Below, piece after piece: positions 10,259 through 18,500 of a DNA stretch of 64,000 nucleotides (position 1 is its first letter; the number at the start of each line of letters is the position of its first letter). Origin of the DNA: an uncultured Phascolarctobacterium sp. (GTDB lineage: Bacteria; Bacillota; Negativicutes; Acidaminococcales; Acidaminococcaceae); assembly GCA_900547415.1 (NCBI GenBank), contig URGS01000004.1, positions 26,389-90,388 on the forward strand, in the 5' to 3' direction. The notes under the pieces were generated by a model. That model saw nothing but the letters and a program-made list of their open reading frames with translations. It had not been told where the DNA came from and ran no database searches. The translations under genes and the position numbers were made by a program.

Positions 10259-12244
10259 ATGGAAATGTTTTTGGCAGCCGTAGCATGCTACGGTGTAGGT
10301 GTCCTAACGTTGTTGTTTCCCCATGAGCAGCAGCGTATGGCTCATTGGCTGTCTAATATACTGGCTGCAGCAGGCAGTGCAGTTGTTGCTGGCATGGCAG
10401 CAGGCAGCTTGTTTTTCGGGGCTCAAATTAAGTCCTTAACATGGGGGGCCTATAGCCTGACCTGTGACAGCTGGAGTGCTGTCTTTTTGCTTTTAACGGG
10501 TATTGCAGGCGTTATTACCAGTATTTACGCTCTTGGTTATGCTCAAAGTTACGAGGGCAGCCGTCTGCGTCTTTTAGGCGGTATGTGGAATCTTTTTATT
10601 ATGTCCATGGTACTGGTGCTTTTGGCTGGTGATGCATTAAGCTTCCTCCTGTTCTGGGAGATTATGGCTGTAGCATCATTTATGTTGGTTAACCACGAAT
10701 CTGAAAAAAGAGAGACCTGGAATGCAGCATATCAGTATTTGGTAATGACATCTCTTGGTACTGCTGCTATTATGATTGCCTTTTTGCTGACATGTGCCGC
10801 AAGCACTTCCTTCAGCTTTGCAGACATGTCTCATAATACTCTTGAGGGTGGCTGGAGTCATGCTGTCTTTGCAACCGCTTTTCTAGGATTCGCCTTAAAA
10901 GCAGGTCTTGTGCCTCTGCATGTATGGCTGCCGAAGGCTCATCCTGCAGCACCTAGCCACGTATCTGCTCTGATGAGTGGTGTTATGCTGAAAATAGCAC
11001 TTTATGGCTTTGGTCGTTTTATTCTGGATTTTTTACCGGAATGGAATTACTGGTGGTGCGTAATCGTAATGGTTGTGGGCTGCGTATCTGCCTTTTTGGG
11101 TGTGCTCTATGCTCAAATGGAAACTGATATCAAACGTATTCTGGCGTACTCCTCTGTAGAGAATATGGGTGTAATTTTTGCTGCCTTTGGCAGCGGTATG
11201 CTGCTGCAGGTTTTGGTTGGTGGTCATTGGTACCTGATTGGTTTTGTCGCCGCTCTTGTTCATGCCTTTAACCATTCTATTATGAAGGTACTAATGTTTA
11301 TGAGTGCAGGCAGTATTATGCATGGTACTGGCAGTAAAAATTTGGAACTGTTTGGCGGCTTAGCTCGCAAAATGCCCTATACTGCAGTATTTACCTTTGT
11401 AGGCTCCATGGCTTTGGCTGCATTGCCTCTGACTAATGGATTTACTGGTGAATGGCTTACTTTGCAAAGCTTCATTACTTTGTCCACTGCAGGCAATTCC
11501 CATGATATTCGTCTTTGGACTGCTTTAGCTTTTATTCTTTTAGGCTTTACTGGTGCCTTGGCTTTGGGCTGCTTTGTCCGTTTCTTTGGCATAGCCTTTT
11601 TGGGACGTTCTCGTAATGAAATTGCAGATCATGCTCATGAATCTGATGTATTTATGCTTATTGCTATGGGTATTAGCAGTATTTTAGTTGTTGCCTGTGG
11701 CATATATCCTACTCCGGTAATGTGGGCTGCCTGCAGTGCTTTAAAATTAGACCCAGGCTTTGTAGCTACAGCTATGGGTACAGTAGGTTGGGGAGGAAGT
11801 GGTAACTTTGTTACCTTTAGTCCTTTGCTGTTGCTAGTATTGTTAGCAATTATTTCTGTAGCTGTATTTATGGCAGTATCTGGCTCTTCTACTTTTGTAG
11901 AGGAAGATGTGACCTGGAACTGTGGTACTTATCCTACTCCGCGTCAGCAGTATTCTGCAATTGGCTTTAGTAAGCCAGTACGTCGTGCCTTTGATTATAT
12001 GCTGAAGCCAAAGCGTCAGGTAACCTACGTGCGCAAGGATCATGCGTACTTTGGTCGTCAGCTTTCCTATAAGCTGGAAATACCGGATATGATTACTGAA
12101 AAGCTATACGCTCCGTTCCAGCAGCGCTTTGTTAAAATTTCTGCAGTGCTGCGTCATTTGCAGCAGGGCAGTGTACGCTTGTATGTTGGCTATGTTATGG
12201 CTGCCATGGTGGCAGTACTTATTTGGGGGGCTGTGTATAAATGA
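10259..12244 (+). CDS. hyfB: Hydrogenase-4 component B-like / formate hydrogenlyase subunit 3 (NuoL/Mrp antiporter-like membrane subunit)
   Basis: 661 aa polytopic membrane protein with NuoL-type motifs (WLPKAHPAAPSHVSALMSGVMLK); first gene of hyf-like operon. Confidence 0.85.
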   Translation: MEMFLAAVACYGVGVLTLLFPHEQQRMAHWLSNILAAAGSAVVAGMAAGSLFFGAQIKSLTWGAYSLTCDSWSAVFLLLTGIAGVITSIYALGYAQSYEGSRLRLLGGMWNLFIMSMVLVLLAGDALSFLLFWEIMAVASFMLVNHESEKRETWNAAYQYLVMTSLGTAAIMIAFLLTCAASTSFSFADMSHNTLEGGWSHAVFATAFLGFALKAGLVPLHVWLPKAHPAAPSHVSALMSGVMLKIALYGFGRFILDFLPEWNYWWCVIVMVVGCVSAFLGVLYAQMETDIKRILAYSSVENMGVIFAAFGSGMLLQVLVGGHWYLIGFVAALVHAFNHSIMKVLMFMSAGSIMHGTGSKNLELFGGLARKMPYTAVFTFVGSMALAALPLTNGFTGEWLTLQSFITLSTAGNSHDIRLWTALAFILLGFTGALALGCFVRFFGIAFLGRSRNEIADHAHESDVFMLIAMGISSILVVACGIYPTPVMWAACSALKLDPGFVATAMGTVGWGGSGNFVTFSPLLLLVLLAIISVAVFMAVSGSSTFVEEDVTWNCGTYPTPRQQYSAIGFSKPVRRAFDYMLKPKRQVTYVRKDHAYFGRQLSYKLEIPDMITEKLYAPFQQRFVKISAVLRHLQQGSVRLYVGYVMAAMVAVLIWGAVYK

Positions 12245-13134
12245 TGGATTTTCAAAATGAATTGCTTAATTTAGCACTATGCCTTGCCCAGGCACTGCTG
12301 TTGCTGGCTATAGCTCCTATGATTACTGGTATTGTAAAAAAATGTAAGGCCTGGATGCAAAATAGAGTAGGCTCCAGCATTTTTCAGGAGTATTACGATA
12401 TCTATAAATGGTGGCGTAAACCTACAATGCTGACTCCTTACACCAGCATTATTTTCCGTATTGCGCCCTGTGTTTATTTTATAACAACCTTGACCGCTGC
12501 CTGCATGCTGCCTAATTTTATTGGTGGACATGCTACATTTGGCGATGTATTTGTATTTGTCTACTTAATGGCCTTTGGCCGCTTTTTGATGGCTGTTTCT
12601 TCTATGGATGCTGCAACTGCCTTTGGTGGTATGGGCGGCAGCAGAGAGGTATATGTAGCAGCCTTTGTAGAGCCTTTGATTATGCTTGCTATCTTATCCA
12701 ATGTTCTTCATACTGGCAGCACTGATTTAAGTGGTATGACTCTTAGTCCTGGTCAGGTTAATCTTACGGTAGCAGGCGTACTGACAGGTATTGCTTTTTT
12801 CTTGGTGCTGCTTGCAGAAAACAGCCGTATTCCTGTGGATAATCCGGATACTCATTTAGAGCTGACCATGATTCATGAATGTATGACATTGGAATATTCT
12901 GGCCGTCTGCTGGCATTGATTCATTGGGCAAGTCAATTAAAGCTTTTGGTTTTTCTGCTGCTGTTTTCTATGCTGTATCTGCCTCTAGACGCTCCTGTTA
13001 TGATTAAGGTATTGCTATCCGCAGTAGCTGTAAGTGTAATGGAAACGATGAATAATAAAATGCGTCTGTTTAAAGTACGCGTGTATTTAGCTGCTGCCGG
13101 CATTATGCTTCTTTTGGCGATTGTAGCTCAGTAG
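12241..13134 (+). CDS. hyfC: Formate hydrogenlyase subunit 4-like (HycD/HyfC, NuoH-like)
   Basis: 297 aa membrane protein; ATGA overlap with hyfB stop; NuoH/HycD family features. Confidence 0.8.
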   Translation: MMDFQNELLNLALCLAQALLLLAIAPMITGIVKKCKAWMQNRVGSSIFQEYYDIYKWWRKPTMLTPYTSIIFRIAPCVYFITTLTAACMLPNFIGGHATFGDVFVFVYLMAFGRFLMAVSSMDAATAFGGMGGSREVYVAAFVEPLIMLAILSNVLHTGSTDLSGMTLSPGQVNLTVAGVLTGIAFFLVLLAENSRIPVDNPDTHLELTMIHECMTLEYSGRLLALIHWASQLKLLVFLLLFSMLYLPLDAPVMIKVLLSAVAVSVMETMNNKMRLFKVRVYLAAAGIMLLLAIVAQ

Positions 13135-13144
13135 GAGGTAGACG

Positions 13145-13777
13145 ATGGAATATTTAGTAGTTTGTTTAATGTTTATCGTCTTTTTACAGACACGTTTTAT
13201 GGAGCTGCGCAGAGCAACCCTGTGCCTAAGTGTACAATCTGCTATTATTGCTGTAGCTTGCCTAGTAGTAGGTATGAGCCACGGCGGTGGTCTCCATGGA
13301 TTTTTGCCAGGTATTCTGACCATTGCTGTTAAGGTTATTTTTATTCCTTATGCTATTTTAAAGGTGGTAAATGAGCTGCGTGACGAGCGTGAGATTGCTA
13401 CGGATATTAATGTAAACTATTCTACTGCTGTAGCTGCTGCCTCTTTAGGTCTTAGCTATATGGTAATAGATGGTATTCTGCCCAATGCCGCAGAGGGACG
13501 TGACATTGTGGCCAGCTCTATGTTTATGATTATGACAGGCCTGACTCTGATGGTTATGCGTAGTCGTGCAATTATGCAGATGATTGGGCTGATTACCATG
13601 GAAAACGGTATCTATCTTTTAGGTCTTATTATGACCGAAGGTTTGCCGCTGATTATTGAGCTTGGTATTTTTTTAGACGTGCTTATTGCCGTTGTTATTC
13701 TTGTTATTTTGACCACGCGCCTGCGTCTGTCCTTTAAGACTACGGACACTAACGTGTTGGATAAGCTGAAGGGGTAA
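13145..13777 (+). CDS. hyfE: Hydrogenase-4 component E-like (NuoK-like membrane subunit)
   Basis: 210 aa, 6-7 TM small membrane subunit in hyf gene order. Confidence 0.75.
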   Translation: MEYLVVCLMFIVFLQTRFMELRRATLCLSVQSAIIAVACLVVGMSHGGGLHGFLPGILTIAVKVIFIPYAILKVVNELRDEREIATDINVNYSTAVAAASLGLSYMVIDGILPNAAEGRDIVASSMFMIMTGLTLMVMRSRAIMQMIGLITMENGIYLLGLIMTEGLPLIIELGIFLDVLIAVVILVILTTRLRLSFKTTDTNVLDKLKG

Positions 13778-13782
13778 AAAGT

Positions 13783-15258
13783 ATGCTGGAATATATTATT
13801 ATGCTGCTGTGTCTGCCGCCGATTTGTGCTTTGCTGGCACTTACAGGTAAATTTAACAACAATACTCTCCACTGGCTTCATCGTCTGACGGCGACTGCAG
13901 TGGGTGGCTGCGTGGGGATGCTGGTTTATAAATTTAATCCGGCACAACCATTTAATAGTGAATATTTTTATCTGGACGCTCTCAATGTATGGGTTCTGAT
14001 TATCATTACTACACTGTATTTAGCTGCGTCCTGGACTGCGCGTTCCTATCTTGTACGTGAGGAGCGTTGTGGTGTCCTTAAGGGTGAACAGTTGCAGACG
14101 GGCCGTTATTTTGCTTTGATGCAGTTCTTCTGCTGGACTATGTTCATTGTTCTTTTAGTCAAGAATTTGGGCCTGATGTGGGTTGCCATTGAGGCAACAA
14201 CCTTAATTTCTGCATTACTGATTTCCTTTAAGTTTACCAGAGCTGCACTTGAGGCAACCTGGAAATATATTATGGTTTGTACTGTAGGTATTTGTTTAGC
14301 ACTGTTGGGGACCCTGATTTTGTACTATGCTCAGATCGCTGCTTTAGGCTCTGAAAAGGCATTAAGCTGGCTGTATCTGTATGAAAATGCAAATCTTCTT
14401 GATCCTGCTATGACTAAGCTGGCAATGCTCTTTATTGTTATTGGCTATGGTACTAAGGCAGGTATGGCTCCTATGCACACATGGCTCCCTGACGCTTACG
14501 CAGAATCTCCATCACTGACTAGTGGTATGCTGTCAGGTGCTTTATGTAGCTGCGCACTTTATGTTTTGTTGCGTAATTTGGTGATTTTGCTTCCTACTGC
14601 TGGTAGCGAAATTATGAGTGGTATGCTGATTTTCTTTGCGGTTCTGACTGTTGCTATTGCTGTACCCTTTGTTGTAGTACAGCGTGACGTAAAGCGTATT
14701 CTGGCATATTCCTCTATGGAAAATATTGGTATCATGATTGCTGGTATTGGCGTGTTTACCTCATTTTCCCTTAAGGCAGTAATGCTTCATATGTATAGTC
14801 ATGCTCTTATCAAATTTGTACTGTTTTATATTGCAGGCACTATTATTCAGGAATATCAGACAAGAAATATGATGCGTATTCATGGAATGATTAAGGATGT
14901 GCCTCATACTGCAACCTTCTGGCTGCTGGGAATTCTGGGTATTTTAGGTATGCCTCCTATGGGCCTGTTCTTTAGTAAATTTTATATTATGACCGCAATG
15001 TTCAAGGAAGGTCATTGGCTTGCAGGCGGTCTGCTTATTGTTCTTTTGGCTGGTGTGCTTATTGGTATTTTGTACCATGCGATGCGTATGCTTTGCGACA
15101 AGGCTAAGCGTGAGCCTCTAGGTGATTTGCTTGGTAAAATAGATGTTCCCGTACTGGCTGTTCTGCTTTTGTTGACCTGTATTATTGGTGCAGGCTTTGA
15201 AAATATTCCGTGGGTAAGCAATATGCTGAACCATGCTGTTATGGTTGTAGGAGGCTGA
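13783..15258 (+). CDS. hyfF: Hydrogenase-4 component F-like (NuoN/NuoM antiporter-like subunit)
   Basis: 491 aa; antiporter-like motif WLPDAYAESPSLTSGMLSGAL. Confidence 0.8.
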   Translation: MLEYIIMLLCLPPICALLALTGKFNNNTLHWLHRLTATAVGGCVGMLVYKFNPAQPFNSEYFYLDALNVWVLIIITTLYLAASWTARSYLVREERCGVLKGEQLQTGRYFALMQFFCWTMFIVLLVKNLGLMWVAIEATTLISALLISFKFTRAALEATWKYIMVCTVGICLALLGTLILYYAQIAALGSEKALSWLYLYENANLLDPAMTKLAMLFIVIGYGTKAGMAPMHTWLPDAYAESPSLTSGMLSGALCSCALYVLLRNLVILLPTAGSEIMSGMLIFFAVLTVAIAVPFVVVQRDVKRILAYSSMENIGIMIAGIGVFTSFSLKAVMLHMYSHALIKFVLFYIAGTIIQEYQTRNMMRIHGMIKDVPHTATFWLLGILGILGMPPMGLFFSKFYIMTAMFKEGHWLAGGLLIVLLAGVLIGILYHAMRMLCDKAKREPLGDLLGKIDVPVLAVLLLLTCIIGAGFENIPWVSNMLNHAVMVVGG

Positions 15259-15263
15259 GAAAA

Positions 15264-16766
15264 ATGCAGGTAAAACCGGAAAATTTACGTGGTGCTGCAA
15301 ATATCTGCAGCAATGGAGGCACTTTGCCTTTGGCTGCTATGTTTGGTGCCGATGAAACTCAGCGCGGAGGCGGATTAGCGATTTACTGTTTGTTCTATAA
15401 CCCAGAGAAACGCTCTCTTGATAGTCTGAAGGCTGAATTCCCCCTTGAGGAAGGACTGCACTATCACTCTTTGACAACTCTTCTGCCTGCTGCAGCTTGG
15501 TATGAAAGAGAGCTCCATGATATGTTTGGCTTTGAGCCTGATGGTCATCCTGACCTGCGCCATCTAGTTCTCCATGAAAGCTTTCCTGAGGATTTTCATC
15601 CATTGCTAAAGAAATATCCTAAGGATTTTAATGCTCGTGGTCAGCGTGAATATGAAATGCTGACTTCAGCAGGCGAAGGTACTTTTGAGGTTCCTGTAGG
15701 TCCTATTCACGCAGGTATTATTGAGCCTGGACATTTCCGCTTTAGTCAGGCTGGCGAGGCTATGCTGCAGTTGGATGCCAAGCTGTTCTTTACTCATAGA
15801 GGTATAGAAAAGGCTGTGGAGGGACTGACTCCTATGGAGGCTCTGCCTATAGTAGAGCGTATTTGCGGTGCCTGCAGTGTAGCCAACACTCTGAGTTTTT
15901 GCCAGGCAGTAGAAAAGCTGTCCGATGCACAGGTTCCCTATAGAGCTTGGCTTATCAGAACCTTGGCGGCAGAGCTGGAGCGTTTATATAATCACGTAGG
16001 TGATACAGGCAATATCTGTGCCGGCGTCGGTTTTTCTCCCATTATCAGTATGGGTGCCCGTCTAAAGGAGTACTTACAACAGCTTAATGAAATGGTAGCA
16101 GGAAATCGCTTTTTGCGTGGACTGATTATTCCTGGCGGTGTTAATGCTGATATTGAAGAATATATGTGTGAGGAAATTATTGAGGTTCTGCGTAAGGTCG
16201 AGCAGGTTTACGCTGATATGGTACATATTATGTGGGAGCAAAGTAATTTTATTAATCGTATTCGTACTACAGGTCATGTTCGCGAGGAAACTGCCTTTGA
16301 TTTGGCCATGGTTGGTGTAGGTGCAAGAGCTAGTGGGATTAAACGCGATAGTCGCAAGGACATGGGCTATGGTATCTATGATGAGCTTGACTTTGATGTG
16401 ATTACGGAGCAAAGTGGTGACGTTGAGGCTCGTATTAAGGTTCGTATTGGCGAGGTCAAAGAGAGCCTTAAGCTGGTACGTCAGATTATCAGCAAGCTTC
16501 GTCGCGATGCCAGCAATGAGCTGTCAGTGGATTTAGGTCAGCTACGTACACTTGAAGGCAGTTGGGGCATTAGTGAATCTCCTCGTGGCGACAATGTTCA
16601 CTGGCTGATGCTGGATGAAGAGGGAAGAATTGATAGACTCTTTGTACGTTCTGCTTCCTATCCTAATTGGCCGGCTCTGACTGTTGCAGTCCAAGGTGAC
16701 ATTATACCAGACTTTCCCTTGATTAATAAAAGCTTTGAATTATGCTATGCCTGCATAGACAGATAG
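15264..16766 (+). CDS. hyfG: Group 4 [NiFe] hydrogenase large subunit (HycE/HyfG, fused NuoC-NuoD-like)
   Basis: ATG 15264 after GGAGG; N-terminal NuoC-like domain then NiFe large subunit with N-terminal RICGAC and C-terminal CYAC ligand pairs; ORF ends CYACIDR* with no C-terminal extension. Confidence 0.88.
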   Translation: MQVKPENLRGAANICSNGGTLPLAAMFGADETQRGGGLAIYCLFYNPEKRSLDSLKAEFPLEEGLHYHSLTTLLPAAAWYERELHDMFGFEPDGHPDLRHLVLHESFPEDFHPLLKKYPKDFNARGQREYEMLTSAGEGTFEVPVGPIHAGIIEPGHFRFSQAGEAMLQLDAKLFFTHRGIEKAVEGLTPMEALPIVERICGACSVANTLSFCQAVEKLSDAQVPYRAWLIRTLAAELERLYNHVGDTGNICAGVGFSPIISMGARLKEYLQQLNEMVAGNRFLRGLIIPGGVNADIEEYMCEEIIEVLRKVEQVYADMVHIMWEQSNFINRIRTTGHVREETAFDLAMVGVGARASGIKRDSRKDMGYGIYDELDFDVITEQSGDVEARIKVRIGEVKESLKLVRQIISKLRRDASNELSVDLGQLRTLEGSWGISESPRGDNVHWLMLDEEGRIDRLFVRSASYPNWPALTVAVQGDIIPDFPLINKSFELCYACIDR

Positions 16767-16778
16767 GAGGTTGACAAG

Positions 16779-17501
16779 ATGCTGAAAATGTTGGAGGCGA
16801 TTTTAGCTGGTAAAATCGCAACAGAAACTGTTAGTACTGACGGACACAAGCGTATGCGTGGTCAGCTGAATGTCACTGGTAGCTGTGATAACTGCGGTTT
16901 TTGTGCTGCAGCTTGTCCTGTACAGGCTCTGTCTATTGATAATGGCAAGCCCGTTATAGACTACAGCAGATGTATTTTTTGTGGACACTGTGTGGAGGCT
17001 TGTGCGAAAAATTGTCTGCATCATACATCTAAAGAGGCTTTGCCTGAACTTTTGGCAGAAACTCAGGCTGAGGTAAGCAGAACCATTACTGCTAAGCTCG
17101 GTAGAAGTCTGCATGTGCGTCATCTGGATGCAGGCAGCTGTAATGCCTGTGACTTTGAAATGGGTGCAACAAGTAATCCTATATATGATTTGCATCGCTT
17201 TGGTATTGCCTTTGTTGCATCACCGCGTCATGCAGATATGATTATGGTAACTGGTGTCGTAACACGCAATTTGGAGCAAGCCTTAAAAATGACATATGCA
17301 GCAATGCCTGAGCCTAAGCTGGTTATGGCTTGTGGCGCTTGTGCGGCAGGTGGTAATACATATGGCTCTACCTATGCTATTGTAGGTAAGGTAAGTGACG
17401 TGGTGCCTGTGGATATTATGGTACCAGGATGCCCGCCTAGACCTAGTGCTATGATTATTGCATTATGCGCTGCTGCGGATATGCTTAAAGAAAGAATGTA
17501 A
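16779..17501 (+). CDS. Fusion of 2x[4Fe-4S] ferredoxin domain (HyfH/HycF-like) with [NiFe] hydrogenase small subunit (HyfI/HycG, NuoB-like)
   Basis: 240 aa; N-terminal CDNCGFCAAACP and CIFCGHCVEACA motifs; C-terminal NuoB-like domain with GSCNACDFE...CGACAAGG...PGCPPRP proximal cluster cysteines. Confidence 0.85.
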   Translation: MLKMLEAILAGKIATETVSTDGHKRMRGQLNVTGSCDNCGFCAAACPVQALSIDNGKPVIDYSRCIFCGHCVEACAKNCLHHTSKEALPELLAETQAEVSRTITAKLGRSLHVRHLDAGSCNACDFEMGATSNPIYDLHRFGIAFVASPRHADMIMVTGVVTRNLEQALKMTYAAMPEPKLVMACGACAAGGNTYGSTYAIVGKVSDVVPVDIMVPGCPPRPSAMIIALCAAADMLKERM

Positions 17502-17512
17502 ATATATTTTTT

Positions 17513-17545
17513 AGACTGGATGATATCTTCGTCCAGTCTTTTTTT
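17513..17545 (+). terminator. Intrinsic terminator after hydrogenase operon
   Basis: AGACTGGA-tgatatcttcg-TCCAGTCT followed by TTTTTTT. Confidence 0.8.
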
Positions 17546-17766
17546 GTGGGAATAATGGTTAAAGATATAAAGTAGATATTTATTCAAAATACTGCATTTT
17601 TAGTACTTTTAGAGTCTACTAATTCCACAAGGAAAGTGTTGCAATGGCAAAAGTTTCCAATGTTTTCAATTTTGACAAAATTTGTGTAACATGTATTGAC
17701 GGAATTAATCTATTTAGGTTATAGTATTCATGCAACATATTAAATTCAAAATAAAGGAGGCGTATT

Positions 17767-18387
17767 ATGAGTACCAATAACTCTACGCAACATGTTCAAA
17801 TCTCCCTTGCCGACCCGACACCGTTAGGTTTGTTCGGTCTTGCCGTGGTTACCATGGTGGCATCTGCTCAGAAGATGGGAATCGTTTCTGACGTTTCCTG
17901 GGTTCTTCCCTGGGCTCTATTCTGTGGTTCCTTTGCCCAAATTTTAGCCGGTGTTCTCGACTACTGCCACAAAAATATTTTTGGCGGCACTATTTTCTGT
18001 GCCTTTGGCTTCTTCTGGTCCGGCGTTGGCATGAGCTGGATGATTAAGGCTGGTACCTTTGGTGCAGGTCTTGCTGCTGGCGTTGATGCTAAGGCTATTG
18101 GCTTTGCTTTTTTTGCTTATTTCCTTTTTGCCTGCATTGGTACTATTGCTGCGTCCTCTGCTAATTTATTCCTGTTTGTAGACATGGTGCTTATTGACGT
18201 ACTGCTGCTTTGCCTGGCGCTGGATGCGTGGGGTATTGGCGGTCACGCTCCTCATGCTATTGCTGCTTACGCAGAAATGTGCATTGCACTGTTGTCTCTG
18301 TATGGTGCAGGTGCCGCTTTCCTGAACAACTTCTATGGCCGTACCTTTTGGCCCTTGGGCGCTCCTGTAAACAACTGGAAACAATAA
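17767..18387 (+). CDS. satP: GPR1/FUN34/YaaH family succinate-acetate/proton symporter SatP-like channel
   Basis: 206 aa, 6 TM; motif blocks align to E. coli SatP (ADPTPLGLFGLA ~ ANPAPLGLMGFG; FAQILAGVLDYCHKNIFG; C-terminal FYGRTFWPLG). Confidence 0.8.
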   Translation: MSTNNSTQHVQISLADPTPLGLFGLAVVTMVASAQKMGIVSDVSWVLPWALFCGSFAQILAGVLDYCHKNIFGGTIFCAFGFFWSGVGMSWMIKAGTFGAGLAAGVDAKAIGFAFFAYFLFACIGTIAASSANLFLFVDMVLIDVLLLCLALDAWGIGGHAPHAIAAYAEMCIALLSLYGAGAAFLNNFYGRTFWPLGAPVNNWKQ

Positions 18388-18403
18388 ATTTAATAAAAAT
18401 AAT

Positions 18404-18443
18404 AAAGCACGAGTTTCTCTGTATTAGAGAACTCGTGCTTTTG
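18404..18443. terminator. Bidirectional intrinsic terminator between satP (+) and hydF (-)
   Basis: AAAGCACGAGTT(T)CTCT-gtatt-AGAGAACTCGTGCTTT with T/A runs on both sides. Confidence 0.7.
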
Positions 18444-18500
18444 TATTTCCATATACATAGTAAATTGGTTATATTTGCATAAAATAATGCATAAACATTC

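Noticed and set aside
15210-15263. Upstream extension of hyfG (MGKQYAEPCCYGCRRLRK...) from the ORF track
   Set aside because: It overlaps the hyfF 3' end in another frame and has no RBS. ATG 15264 follows GGAGG with ideal spacing and starts at the conserved NuoC-like N-terminus.
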